Origin: Malacoraja senta
Taxonomy: Eukaryota
Length of the DNA: 64,000 nt
Assembly (NCBI GenBank): GCA_038087875.1
Contig: CM076002.1
Span: 124,001 to 188,000 of the forward strand
Direction: 5' to 3'
Shown here: positions 49,480 through 62,856 of the stretch, piece by piece
Numbering within the stretch: position 1 is the stretch's first letter
How the letters are laid out: each line of letters starts with the position of its first letter
The notes under the pieces: generated by a model
What the model was told of the DNA's origin: nothing
Database searches by the model: none
Seen by the model: the letters and a program-made list of their open reading frames with translations, nothing else
Position numbers and translations under genes: made by a program

Positions 49480-50760
49480 TGTTAATTAAACTTTAAAACA
49501 CATCACAAAGATTGGGAAGGCAATCCAGACTTTATTTAAGAGTGTTAAATGCAGCGATCAACAAAGATTCATCTGCTCCTTATAAACCAAATTTCCCATT
49601 GATGTGCACGGTGTCCCTTTGATTCCCCTTTCCCTCAGGCACTCAAGCTTTTCCCTCTTCACATGGTCCAACAACATTCATAGATCAAACACCACAGGAA
49701 GATGCAGATTAACAAATACATTTCAATCACACCCAGCGGCAGACAGACAAATGTCCTGTTACCCATTAGATCCCATTTTATTGTAATTGCCATTAGTTCT
49801 TTCATAACTTCCCCTTTTTGTAATTTTTACAACAAAGTACAAGTTTTGCTATCATTTTGGTACTTATCCCCAATGTTTGTGAGGCCCATGTAAATCATTT
49901 ACAATTATTTCATGCTATCCAATACACATGTGATCACAAGGCACTATTTGCAGCGTAACCAAGACCCTTCTAAATATATGTATCCCCAAACCTTCTTGGT
50001 GCTTGGGGCCCCATACTTTGGGAAGAAGGGATACTTTGTTCCATCATCCTCACACAGCAACATTCAAAACCAACATACGATAGTAGGATGATGATAACAA
50101 AATCAATTAACCCTTGTACCAAGGAAGTTCGTATCAGTCCCAGCCACCCCGTTACCCATCCCCATAGAGACCATGTACCCTATTACCGTCATGTATCTTG
50201 GCTGCTCCTTTTCTGATAGGGTCAGCCAGGTTGGTAATGTTTTCTCTCGCATCAGGGATATATGTACAAGATTCAGATCCTATTACGGCACATGTTCCCC
50301 TCTTTCTGGGAGGAGGAAATCAAAAGCCATTCAATTCTGCAGGGCAGCCGTCCGGATGGCCACCGTCTCAGCATTTATTTTGTCAAAGGCAATGGAGGTA
50401 TCATTTGCAACCTTTTCTAACGCAGAGGCTAGATTGATGCTTTCTCTTGCCACCTTACCCACTCTGTATAAAGAGAATGCACTAGCAAAGAACCTTTGAG
50501 TGAAATCCCTTTTTATCTGTGTTGACAGAGTACATTTCTGATCAGGAGGTGGAGTAACAAACGAAAGGCACCACATAGGCCAAATAACATGAGCCTGATC
50601 AATCCTGGGGCAACCAGGCATAAGCTTTATCATTGCAAACAAAGTACCGTAGGTACCATTGTCAGCAGTAAAGGATTCTACCAAGAGGGGAAACTAGGTG
50701 TTCTGAAAAAGGTCTCCAGTTGAACAGTTAAGGGGCATAATGTGACTGTCCCTTACGTGC
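49480..50760 (-). mobile_element. Endogenous retrovirus remnant: gamma-type env TM, PPT and partial 3' LTR
   Basis: IKR| cleavage, LQN*MAFDFLL..G.TCAVIGSESCTYIPD (ISD + degenerate CX6CC). PPT AAAAAGGGGAAG at 49819-49808, then TGAAAGA. TATAA near 49583 and AATAAA near 49536. Confidence 0.8.
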
Positions 50761-52110
50761 ACCTTCATATGGACCATCAGAGACATTGAAATATTGTTAC
50801 ATAGAAGGACAGCAAGAGATTCTGCGGATATATAAAGAGTAAAAAAGAGGCAAGAGTGGACGTTGGGCTATTGGAGAATTAAGCAGAAGTGATAACGGGA
50901 AATCAAGAAATGGCAGAGGAATTGAATAACATTTTTGTATCAGTCTTCACAGTGGAAGACACCAGCAGTGTGCCTGAAATCCTAGATATTCAGGGGGTGG
51001 AAGTTAGTGCAGTGGCGAATACTGGTGCGAGGAAAATGGAAAGGTCTGCGGGTAGATAATTCACCTAGACTGGATGGACTGCACCCCAGGGTTCTGAAGG
51101 AGGTGGCCTCAAAGATTGTGAAGGCATTAGTTGTGATATTTCAAGAATCACTAGAATTAGGAGTGATTCCTGAAGATTGGAAAATTGTGAATATCACCCC
51201 GCTGTACAAGAAGGGAGCAGAACAGAAGAGCGGAAACTACAGGACGGTTAGCCTGATTTTGGTGGTTGGTAAGATTTCAGTCAATTATGAGACTAAGTGG
51301 GACCCGTTGGGTCCCAGTGACATGGGAGGCCTGGTCCCCCCTAATGAAACCCATTCCCCAATGCAATATTCCACCACTCACCTGTTCCCCCAACGCAGCC
51401 CGTTCCCCACAGCAATGTTCCACCACTCTGGGCAGGGGGTGTGGGGGAGGGAGGGGTGTGGGGGAGGGAGGGGTGTGGGGGAGGGAGGGGTGTGGGGGAG
51501 GGGGCGGGTGTGGGTGAGGTGGCAGTGTGCGGTTTGTGGTGGAGGGGGGGGTATGGGTGAGGGGGCGGTGTGGGGTTTGTGGTGGAGGAAGGGTTGTGGC
51601 GAGGATGGGTTGTGGGGGAGGGGGTGTGGGGAACGGGGGGAGGGGGTGTGGGGGAAGGGAGGTTTGGGGGGTGTGGGGATGTGTGGTAGAGGGCTGTGGG
51701 GGAGGGTTTGTGTGGGGGTGGAGGGGGGTGTGTGGGGGAAGGGAGGTGTCTGGAGGAGGGGGCAGGTGTGGGGAGGGGAGGGGGTGTGGGGACGGGGGTG
51801 GGGGAGTGTTGGGGTCAGGGAGGGGGGTTCTGGGGGTGGTGTGGGTGAGGGGGAGGGCTGTGGGGGAGGGTGTGTGTGGGGGAAGGTAATTACAACACAG
51901 ACAGGAAGTGGTCAAGATGAGAGTTTTTGTTGGTTCCCATGTTCACACGGGAGGGCTGGTCCCCCAACGCAATATTCCACCTCTCCACCAATTCCAATAT
52001 TGGTGGCCAGTAGGGGTGGGGGGCTTTCTGGAGTGCTAGTATGGGTGTTGTGGGCTGAAGGGACTTGTTTCCAGAGAGCTAGTATGGACATTGTTGGCCG
52101 AATGATTTCT

Positions 52111-52815
52111 TGGGCTGGCAGCTCAGTCACTCAGACCTGATGGGCTGGCAGCTCAGTCACTCAGGCCTGGTGGGCTGGCAGCTCAGTCACTCAGACCTGA
52201 TGGGCTGGCAGCTCAGTCACTCAGGCCTGGTGGGCTGGCAGCTCAGTCACTCAGGCCTGGTGGGCTGGCAGCTCAGTCACTCAGGCCTGGTGGGTTGGCA
52301 GCTCAGTCACGCAGGCCTGGTGGGCTGGCAGCTCAGTCACTCAGGCCTGGTGGGCTGGCAGTTGAGTCACTCAGGCCTGGTGGGCTGGCAGCTCAGTCAC
52401 TCAGGCCTGGTGGGCTGGCAGCTCAGTCACTCAGGCTGGTGGGCTGGCAGCTCAGTCACTCAGGCCTGGTGGGCTGGCAGCTCAGTCACTCAGGGATGGT
52501 GGGCTGGCAGCTCAGACACTCAGGGTTGGTGGGCTGGCAGCTCAGTCACTCAGGCCTGGTGGGCTGGCAGCTCAATCACTCAAACCTGGTGGGCTGGCAG
52601 CTCAGTCCCTCAGGCCTGGTGGGCTGTCAGTTCAGTCACTCAGGCCTGGTGGGCTGGCAGCTCAGTCACTCAGCAATGGTGGGCTGGCAGCTCAGTCACT
52701 CAGGCCTGGTGGGCTGGCAGTTCAGTCACTCAGGCCAGGTGGGCTGGCAGCTCAGTCACTCAGGCCTGGTGGGCTGGCAGCTCAGTCACTCAGGGCTGGT
52801 GGGCTGGCAGCTCAG
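52111..52815. repeat. 30-bp minisatellite (~23 copies) TGGGCTGGCAGCTCAGTCACTCAGGCCTGG
   Basis: Direct periodicity. Confidence 0.95.
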
Positions 52816-53622
52816 AAACTGCCAGAAATGTTGCCCAAAACAGGTGAGAGATTCTGAGAGAGGAGTGAGAGAGGGTGGAGAATCAATTTTAGACATTTTC
52901 ATCTTTTTCTACTGATCGCAGCAATGAAGGTGGAAAGTCTATCCTGGCCTGTTTCTCACAGGGAGCCAATGAAGGTAGGGAGAAAAATACTGGGGTGAGG
53001 TTTAATACTTACACGGAGAACACTTACTGATGGGCCGAACGGACTCCTCAGTGGCTAGTACAGACCTGATGGGGCAAAGGGACTCTTAAAATTTTTTTTT
53101 TTAAATCGGAGTGAAATCTCAGTGAAAGGCACTTTTTCTGGACTTTTCCAGGCCTGGCACGGGACTTTTGGGACAAAATGCTCCTCCTGGGCTATTATGG
53201 GCATTTGGGGCAAAAGGGACTGGTTTCTGGGCTACTAGGGGCCTTGTGGGCCAAAATGAGTGGTTTCAGGCAGGCCAAGGGTGGGCTGGCAGTTGACTTG
53301 TGGCTGGTTGGCTGGCAGTTGACTCACAACTGGTGGGCTCACACACACACACCCTCCATCACACACACACACTCACAGCCACACAGACACCCTCCAACTA
53401 ACACACATACACTCACACACTGACTCACACACACTCACTCACACACATATGACAGTAAAACTCTCTTGAATCGCGACCTCTCCACTGAGCGGGGCTTCTG
53501 CAGTGAGCGGGACTTCCGGAATGAGCGGGACCTCTTCACTGCGCGGGACTTCCGGATTGAGCGCGACCTCTCCACTCAGTGGGACTTCCGGAGTAAGGAG
53601 GACTGAGCGGTACCTTTGGACG

Positions 53623-54377
53623 AAGCACAGTGCAGACCAACAATTCACTTCAAGCACAGTGCATGCCAACAATCCAGTTCAAGCACAGTGCAGGCCAACA
53701 ATTCATTTCAAGCAGAGTGCAGGCCAACAATTCATTTCATTTCAAGCAGAGTGCAGGCTAACAATTCATTTCATTTCAAGCACAGTGCAGGCTAACATTT
53801 CATTTCTATTTCAAGCAGAGTGCAGGGTAACAATCCATTTCATTTCAAGCAGAGTGCAGGCTAACAATTCATTTCATTTCAAGCAGAGTGCAGGCTAACA
53901 ATTCATTTCATTTCAAGCAGAGTGCAGGCTAACAATTCATTTCATTTCAAGCAGAGTGCAGGCTAACAATTCATTTCATTTCAAGCAGAGTGCAGGTTAA
54001 CAATTCATTTCATTTCAAGCAGAGTGCAGGCTAACAATTCATTTCATTTTTAGCAGAGTGCAGGCTAACAATTCATTTCATTTCAAGCAGAGTGCAGGCT
54101 AACAATTAATTCCTATTTCAAGCAGAGTGCAGGCTAACAATTCATTTCATTTCAAGCGCAGTGCAGGCTAACATTTCATTTCTATTTCAAGCAGAGTGCA
54201 GGGTAACAATTCAATTCATTTCATTTCAAGCAGAGTGCAGGCTAACAATTCATTTCATTTCAAGCAGAGTGCAGGCTAACATTTCATTTCATTTCAAGCA
54301 GAGTGCAGGCTAACAATTCATTTCATTTCAAGCAGAGTGCAGGCTAACAATTCATTTCATTTCAAGCAGAGTGCAGA
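53623..54377. repeat. 34-bp minisatellite TTTCAAGCAGAGTGCAGGCTAACAATTCATTTCA (29-bp variants at the left)
   Basis: Direct periodicity. Confidence 0.95.
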
Positions 54378-56427
54378 CTTACAGTTCAGTTCACCCACAG
54401 CGGTGACTCACAATTCTGGACTCAACTCTCACTCACGATCTTCCGGGGTGACTTATTCACATCCAGCCTCTGGGGCTTTATTCTCCTGCACCCCGGAAGG
54501 GGCGTTACCTTCATCATGGTGACTGATAGGCGAGAAGACAAATCTCACGATTTTTTTAACATTCGTAATTTTTTTATTATTTCACTGATCGGAAAAAAAC
54601 GTGGGGTGGTTGGAGGAGCGGAGCACGGTGATTAAGATGGCGAAAATATCATAGCTTGATAGGGTAGCGTTTTTTCTAAAATTTATTTACAACATAGGCA
54701 GGAAGTGGTCAAGATGAGACTTTTAGTAATAGTATCTAGAATAGATATATATAGATATACTAGACCAAGTGCAGACCCGTTGGGTCTGTTCCTCCAAAGC
54801 ACGGTTGCGGGGTTGGAATCTTGCACCCACAAACACACACACACTCATCACACCCCTTAATATTATCTTAATTTTATTAATTTGCTTCTTTTATCCCATC
54901 TCCACCCTATCCACTGACGAATAGTCCTCACCTATCAGGTGCGTCTAGAGGGGGGGCAGAGAGAGTGTGCACAGACAGAGTGGAAGTGAGAGAGAGAGAG
55001 AGGGCAGAGAAAAAGATAAAGATCAAAGAGAGAGAGCAGAGATAGGGGTAGGGGTAGAGGGGGAAGAGTGTGGATGGTGGGGGAAGAGTGGGGAGGGGGA
55101 CGGGGTGGGGGAGAGAGGGAAGGGGGTGGGGGAGGGAAGGGGGGAGGGGTGGGAAGAGAGGGAAGGGGGTGGGGGAGGGGAGGGGGGAGAGGGAAGGGGG
55201 TGGGGGAGAGAGGGATGGGGTGGGAGGTGGAGGGGGAGGAGAGGGAGAGGGTGAGGAGAGGGAGATGGAGAGGGGGAGGGGGAGGAGAGACGGATGGGGA
55301 GGGGGAGAGAGGGATGGGGGAGGGGGAGAGAGGTGTGGGGGAGGGGGGAGGGATGGGGGAGGGAGGGGAGGAGGGAGATTGGGGAGGGGAGGGAGGGGGG
55401 AGAGTGTGGAGGGAGGGGGAGAGGGGTGGGGGGAGAGAGGGGAAATAGTGGGGAGGGAGGGTGGAAGGGGGAGTGGTAGGGAGAGTCCATCTGTTTCCCA
55501 TTCCCTATCACCCCCAATCCTCTTTCTCTATTCCCACACACGTGATGACGCGCTTCGACACAGGCTGCGGGGGTGGGGCGGAAGGGCTGGGGCTGGGGCT
55601 GCTGCAAAGGCATATGTAAATGGATCCATTCCGATTGGACATATGTGAGCATTGGGCATTGTGACATCACACGATGGAACGTTCATCAACATTCTATGGG
55701 TGAGAGCTGTTTATTCTTTTGAAATTTTGGAGGATATTATTTAAAATGTGTACATAAACACGACGAAATTTAATCAGGAGTGCATACTTGGAATGAAAAG
55801 TGAAATCTCTACCAAAATGGAAAAAATTCTGCGTTTCTGCATGTGGTGTTGGCGTAGCAATGAATCAAAGGAAGGCTGGCACCCACAAGACAGGCAGAAA
55901 CACACACACAGATTTTTAAATATAGATAGATAGATTGATAGATGATAGATAGATAGATATATAGGTAGATATAGATATAGATATAGATATATAGATATAA
56001 ATAGATAAAGAATGAGGTTGTGCAGTACTTAGAAGTTCACGATAAAATAGGCCGGTCAGCATGGTTTTGTGAAGGGAAGATCTTGCCTGACAAATCTGCT
56101 GGGGTTCTTTGAGGAAGTTAATAGCAGGACAGACAGAGGGAAGGCTGTAAATGTTGTGTTCCTAGATTTTCCGAAGACCTTCGATAAGGTGCCGCATGTC
56201 TGGCTGCTAGGGAAGATGAGAGGCCGTAGTATTAAAGGGAAGACAAAATGTGTAAGAAGGAACTGCAGATGCTAGTTTGAACCGGGCAGCATCTCCAGAG
56301 AGAATGAATTGGTGACGTTTGGGTCAAGACCCTTCTTCAGAAGATACTAGCATGGATAGCGGGTTGGTTGGATGGCAAACGGAAAAGTTGGAGAGCTGAA
56401 GAAGGGTCGCAACCCAAAACTTCACCC

Positions 56428-57773
56428 AGATGGCGAAAATATCATAGCTTGATAGGGTAGCGTTTTTTCTAAAATTTATTTACAACATAGGCAGGAAGTG
56501 GTCAAGATGAGACTTTTAGTAATAGTATCTAGAATAGATATATATAGATATACTAGACCAAGTGCAGACCCGTTGGGTCTGTTCCTCCAAAGCACGGTTG
56601 CGGGGTTGGAATCTTGCACCCACAAACACACACACACTCATCACACCCCTTAATATTATCTTAATTTTATTAATTTGCTTCTTTTATCCCATCTCCACCC
56701 TATCCACTGACGAATAGTCCTCACCTATCAGGTGCGTCTAGAGGGGGGGCAGAGAGAGTGTGCACAGACAGAGTGGAAGTGAGAGAGAGAGAGAGGGCAG
56801 AGAAAAAGATAAAGATCAAAGAGAGAGAGCAGAGATAGGGGTAGGGGTAGAGGGGGAAGAGTGTGGATGGTGGGGGAAGAGTGGGGAGGGGGACGGGGTG
56901 GGGGAGAGAGGGAAGGGGGTGGGGGAGGGAAGGGGGGAGGGGTGGGAAGAGAGGGAAGGGGGTGGGGGAGGGGAGGGGGGAGAGGAAGGGGGTGGGGGAG
57001 AGAGGGATGGGGTGGGAGGTGGAGGGGGAGGAGAGGGAGAGGGTGAGGAGAGGGAGATGGAGAGGGGGAGGGGGAGGAGAGACGGATGGGGAGGGGGAGA
57101 GAGGGATGGGGGAGGGGGAGAGAGGTGTGGGGGAGGGGGGAGGGATGGGGGAGGGAGGGGAGGAGGGAGATTGGGGAGGGGAGGGAGGGGGGAGAGTGTG
57201 GAGGGAGGGGGAGAGGGGTGGGGGGAGAGAGGGGAAATAGTGGGGAGGGAGGGTGGAAGGGGGAGTGGTAGGGAGAGTCCATCTGTTTCCCATTCCCTAT
57301 CACCCCCAATCCTCTTTCTCTATTCCCACACACGTGATGACGCGCTTCGACACAGGCTGCGGGGGTGGGGCGGAAGGGCTGGGGCTGGGGCTGCTGCAAA
57401 GGCATATGTAAATGGATCCATTCCGATTGGACATATGTGAGCATTGGGCATTGTGACATCACACGATGGAACGTTCATCAACATTCTATGGGTGAGAGCT
57501 GTTTATTCTTTTGAAATTTTGGAGGATATTATTTAAAATGTGTACATAAACACGACGAAATTTAATCAGGAGTGCATACTTGGAATGAAAAGTGAAATCT
57601 CTACCAAAATGGAAAAAATTCTGCGTTTCTGCATGTGGTGTTGGCGTAGCAATGAATCAAAGGAAGGCTGGCACCCACAAGACAGGCAGAAACACACACA
57701 CAGATTTTTAAATATAGATAGATAGATTGATAGATGATAGATAGATAGATATATAGGTAGATATAGATATAGA
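56428..57773 (+). repeat. Near-identical direct duplicate of 54635-55980 abutting the N gap (57774-57973)
   Basis: Offset 1793; only a 1-nt indel noticed by eye. Confidence 0.85.
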
Positions 57774-60543
57774 NNNNNNNNNNNNNNNNNNNNNNNNNNN
57801 NNNNNNNNNNNNNNNNNNNNNNNNNNNNNNNNNNNNNNNNNNNNNNNNNNNNNNNNNNNNNNNNNNNNNNNNNNNNNNNNNNNNNNNNNNNNNNNNNNNN
57901 NNNNNNNNNNNNNNNNNNNNNNNNNNNNNNNNNNNNNNNNNNNNNNNNNNNNNNNNNNNNNNNNNNNNNNNNNCAGCCCCGCAGATCCAAAATGACGTCA
58001 TCGCAGTCGGCCCGCCCTTTTTTTTTACTTACTGCAAGCTCGTGGGACCAGCCGTACTTAAATCACTCGGTCGCCGCGCAGCATCCGTGCGGCGCTCCCG
58101 TGGCATAGGCTCGGCGCTCTCGCCGTTGCGGTGCGGTCCTCTACCGCGACGCCGCGCTTCACCACGCTTCACCGCCGATGACCACAACACCGTGAGACCG
58201 AGCCTTAACTCCAGCACTTTGTCCCTTTTCCTGACTTGTGAGAGTTGTTAAAGACCAGCTGACCAAGGATGGCAACGTAAGGGAATTGTTGATGACCAAA
58301 GAGGTTGGAAATTTGGTCAAAATGTGCAAGCAGGTTTTAAGAGGTTGGAATCAGCCAGGCCTTCCAGGAATATAAAGAAAGGAGGAAAGAACTTGCGGGC
58401 GATTGGAAGGGCAAAAAGCTTTGGCTTTGGTGAGGTGGAGTAAAGAAAATCTATAGTTTAAATTTGTAGTTTATACCTACATTAAAAACAAGAGTTACCT
58501 GGGAGAAGTATGGACTGCACACGGATAAAGGAGGGACTCTGCTTGGTCTGGGGGTGTAGGCGAGGTTCGAAACGAGTACTTTGCATCTGTTATGTGGGCA
58601 AGCTACAAAACGAGTACTTTGCATCTGTTTTCACCAAACAGAGGGACATGGAGCACAGTGAGATCAGTGTGGGGAATGCTAATATGCAAGGCCGGTGAGA
58701 GTAAGGAGGAGGACGTGTTGCGGCTCTTGAAGAGCATTAATGTGGATAAATACCCAGGACCTGATGGATCTATCCCAGGTTATTGAAGGAGGCAAGAGAA
58801 AACGGGGAATTATAGACCAGTTAGGCTAACATTGGTAGTGGGTAAGATGCTTGAATCGATTATGAAAGATGTTATAGCAGCGCATTTGGAAAGCAGTGAC
58901 AGGATCGATCAAAAGTCAGCATGGATTTATGAAGGGGGAAATCATGCTTGCCTAATCTTCTGGATTTTGTTGAGGATGTAACAAGTAGAATGGATAAGGG
59001 AGAGTCAGTGGATGTGGTGTATCTGGACTTTCAAAAAGCCTTTGACAAGGTCCCCACACAAGAGATTAGTGGGCAAAATTAGAGCACATAGTATTCGGGG
59101 TAGGGTATTGACATGGAGTAGAGAACTGGTGGCAGACATAAAGCAAAGAGTAGCAATTAACGGGTCCTTTTCAGAATGGCAGGCAGTGACTAGTGGGGTG
59201 CCGCATGGTTCGGTGCTGGGACCCCAGTTATTTACAATATATATTAACGATTTAGACGAGGGAATTAAATGTGACATCTCCAAGTTTGTGAGTGACACAA
59301 AGCTGGGTGGCAGTGTGAGCAGCGATTAAGATGCTATGAGGCTGCAGGGTGACTGGATAGGTTGAGTGAGTGGGCAGATGCATGGCAGTTGCAGTATAAT
59401 GCGGATAAATGTGAGGTATCCTCTTTGGTGGCAAGAACAAGAAATCAGATTATTATCTGAATGGTGTCAGTTTAGGAAAAGGGGAGGTACAACAAGACCT
59501 GGTTGTCCTTGTACATGCAGGTACAGCAGGCAATGAAGAAAGCTAATGGCATGTTGGCTTTCATAGCGAGAGGATTTGAGTTTAGGAGCAAGGAGGTCCT
59601 ACTGCAGTTGTGCAGGGCCCCATGTGAAATCGCACCTGGAGTATTGTGTGCAATTTTAGTCACTTACTTTGAGGAAGGGCATTATTGCTATTGGGGGATG
59701 CAGCATAGGTTCACCAGGTAATTCCCGGGATGGTGGGACTGACAAATGATGAAAGAATAGGTCGACTGGGCTTGTATTCACTGGAATTTAGAAGGATGAG
59801 ATGGGTTCTTATAGAAGCATATAAAATTCTTAAAGGATTGGACAGGCTAGATGCCGGAAAAAAATTCCCGATGTTGGGGGAGTCCCAGAACCAGGGGTCA
59901 CAGTTTAAGAATAAGGGGTAGACCATTTAGGACTGAGATGAGGAGAAACGTCTTCACGCAGAGAGTTGTGAATTTGGAATTCTCTGCTTCAAAAGGCAGT
60001 GGTGGCCAATTCACTGGATGTTTTCAAGAGAGAGCGATTTAGCTCTCAGGGCTAAAGGAGTTATGGGAATATAGGGAAAAGCAGGGACAGGGTGCTGAAT
60101 GATCAGCCATGATCATATTGAATAGCGGTGCTGGCTCGAAGGGCTGAATGGCCTACTCCACCTATTTTCTGTTTCTGGAGATTTCGGAGGCTTGACAAAG
60201 ATCTTTGTGTCATCTCGAACTGGAGGCAGATCCTGGAGGATTGGAGACTGGCCAATGTTGTTCAGTTATTTAGAAAGTAGGGAGAATCCAGGGATTATAG
60301 GCTGTGAGCCTCACATCAGTGGTTGGGAAACTATTGGAGAGCACTCTGCAGGATGGGATTTACTCCCATTTGGAAGAGAATGGGTTAACTACAGAGTCAG
60401 CGTGGCTTTGTACATTGTACTTTGCACTGTGCTGGGACCTCTGCTGTTTGTCATATATAAATAAGTTGATTGCAATGTATTCGGGTTGGTGCGTAAGTTT
60501 GCAGATAACACCAAGATCTGCGAGCCCAGCAATCCTGGTGACC

Positions 60544-60700
60544 TAGAAACATAGAAACATAGAAAATAGGTGCAGGAGGAGGCCATTCGGCCCTTCGAGC
60601 CAGCACCGCCATTCATTGTGATCATGGCTGATCGTCCCCTATCAATAACCCGTGCCTGGCTTCTCCCCATATCCCTTGACTCCACTAGCCCCTAGAGCTC
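60544..60700 (-). mobile_element. Short CR1 3'-end insertion specific to the second RDH copy
   Basis: (TTCTATGT)n tail. Absent at the paralogous site near 22985. Confidence 0.75.
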
Positions 60701-61190
60701 TGCAAACTTTGACATCTGCAAACTAACCAATCAACCCATCGACATTTACATCCAAGTTATTTATATGTACTGCAAACAGTGAAGGTCCCACTGCAGATCC
60801 CTGCGGAACTCCACTGGCCACAGACCTCCAGCCTGAATATTGTTCTTCCACCACGACCCTCTGTCTTGTATCAATAAGCCAGTTCTGAATCCATACGACC
60901 AAGTCACTGTTAATCCTGTGCATCTTAATCTGGATCAGCCCACCATGGGGACATTCCCGACTGGAATCCATGGACTGCCCCCCACCCCATCCTGACCCGC
61001 CCCCTTGTATCCACTAACCCCCACACCTTGTGCCCCCTGCCCCGTGACCCTGCTCCCCACCCCTGCCCCGCTAACCCTGTGGCCGTGCCCTCCAACACCT
61101 GCCCCATGATCCTGCCCGCTGCCCCTTGTGGCCCCAAGACCCTGACCCCCATGACCCGGCCCCCACTCCATGCCCCATCCCTGGTTGTAC

Positions 61191-62856
61191 CGGTGTGTCG
61201 GAAGCCGGGCGGCCAGCTTGTGGGTGAAGAGCACGTTCATCAGCTTGGTGTTGTTGTAGAGCTGGTCATTGCGGGCAGTGCCCACATCCTCGCCCCGCAT
61301 CTGCCGCAGATTCACCTCCCCTCGCCGGTGGTTCATGGAGGACACGTTGATGATCCGAGCTGCCGGGGGACTTCTTCATCAGGTCTGCCCGCCAGAGGGG
61401 GAGATTTATTGTTCATTGTTTAGTTTATTGTCACATGTACCGAGGTACAGCAAAAAGCTTTTTGTTGCATGCTATCCAGTCAGTGGAAAGACAATAAATG
61501 ATCACAATCAAGCTGTCCACAGTGTACAGATACAGGGTTAAGGGTATAACATTTAGTGCAAGATAAAGTCCGATTAAAGATAGTCCGAGGGTCTCCAATG
61601 AGGTAGCTGGGAGATCAGGGCCGCTCTCTAATTGGTGATAGGATGGGTTGATGGTCCCTGAATCTGGAGGTGTGCATTTTCACACAACAACATTTAAAGG
61701 CATTTGGACAGGTACATATATGGATAGGACAGGTTTAGAGGGATATGGGGCCAAACGCAGGCAGGGGGGACTAGTGTAGATGAAGCATGTTGGCCGGTGT
61801 GGGTGAATTGGCTGAAGGGCCTGTTTCTGTGCTGTATCATGGACTAGTTATACTAGCCAACAACACACCTCCACATTCCACCCCCTCATCCACCTACTTC
61901 CCTTCCTCTGGCTTCACAATTCACGCCTCTGCTCAGTTTGTCTCTTTCCACTCTGGCCAGTGTCCACCCATCCGCTGACCCCCTTCCCCACCTGTGTCCA
62001 CCCATCACTCGCTGCTTTGTCCTGCCCCTCCTCTCTTCCAGCTTTATCACCATCACCCCCGCCACAGTGTTCCGACTGGGGAGATGGGGCTGACGGCGCG
62101 GTCAGTGACGGGTGTAATGGGGTGGTCAGTGACGGGGGGGGCGGGGGGTTACTCACCCATGCAGCAGGTTGGTCAGCAGAAGGGTCCCAGGTAGTTGGTG
62201 GCGATGGTCAGCTCCAGACCCTCAGCAGTGACCGCTGGCAGCAGGCCTGGTGGTGACACGGCACTGAGTCAGTGACCCGCCCGCATCACATCCACTGCCA
62301 CCCACCCCCCCCCAAAGCATTCCCTCCCCCTCATCCCCCCCGATATCACCTCCCCCCAACCTTTGGCATCCTCTCCCCCTCACCCCCCACCCCCCGAGGC
62401 ATCCCGCTCCACTGCACTCTCCTCATGCTCTCCCACCCATTCCTGTCCCACTTCCTCACTCCCTTGCCCCACCACCTCCCCAAACCCCATCCCTCCTCCT
62501 CCTTCCCCTCTCACCCTCCTCTCTCCCCTGCCTCAGTAGCTTCCCACCCCTTCCTTCCCCCAACCACATCTCCTGCCCCTCACCCCGCAGTGTGTGCCGG
62601 GAGGGGTGTGCGGTTACCGAGGCAGCCGCGTTGTTGACCAGGATGTCCAGCCTCTGCTCCTCCTCTCTGACCCGCTGGGCGAATGCCCGCACCGACCGCA
62701 TGGAGCTGGTGTCCAGCAGGCGGAAGTGGACCTGCCCGTTCCCCGTGCAGCGACGGATCTCACACTCGGCTCTCCGTCCCCGCTCCTCGCTGCAGCACGC
62801 CAGGATCACCCGCGCCCTCCTGCGGGCAAGGTCCTGGGCGATGTGGAGCCCAATCC
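61191..62856 (-). pseudogene. Inverted second copy of the RDH11/12-like gene, exons 2-4 (62856-62618, 62246-62157, 61384-61191), frameshifted as assembled
   Basis: Near-identical exons with splice sites. 1-nt indels: -1 in exon 2; -1/+1 with an intervening TGA in exon 3; two +1 in exon 4. Exons 5-6 not seen, and exon 1 would lie beyond the window. The indels may be sequencing errors. Confidence 0.7.

Larger units (their letters stand above)
51288..56005 (-). mobile_element. Composite Helitron-like insertion (~3 units) splitting a CR1 fragment (50795-51287 / 56006-56400)
   Basis: CR1 rejoins as TCAATTA|TAAAGAATGAG with no TSD. Hairpin/CTAG-type 3' ends at ~51290 and ~54760. 5' ends at ~51930, ~54745 and ~56005. 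Confidence 0.7.

Noticed and set aside
52110..52915. Repeat-protein ORFs (GLVGWQLSHS)n and CRISPR-like periodicity
   Set aside because: Contiguous 30-bp minisatellite with no unique spacers. The ORFs arise from a stop-free unit.
47827..57462. Pro-rich and Gly-rich ORFs
   Set aside because: Polypurine/polypyrimidine tracts inside repeated non-autonomous elements.
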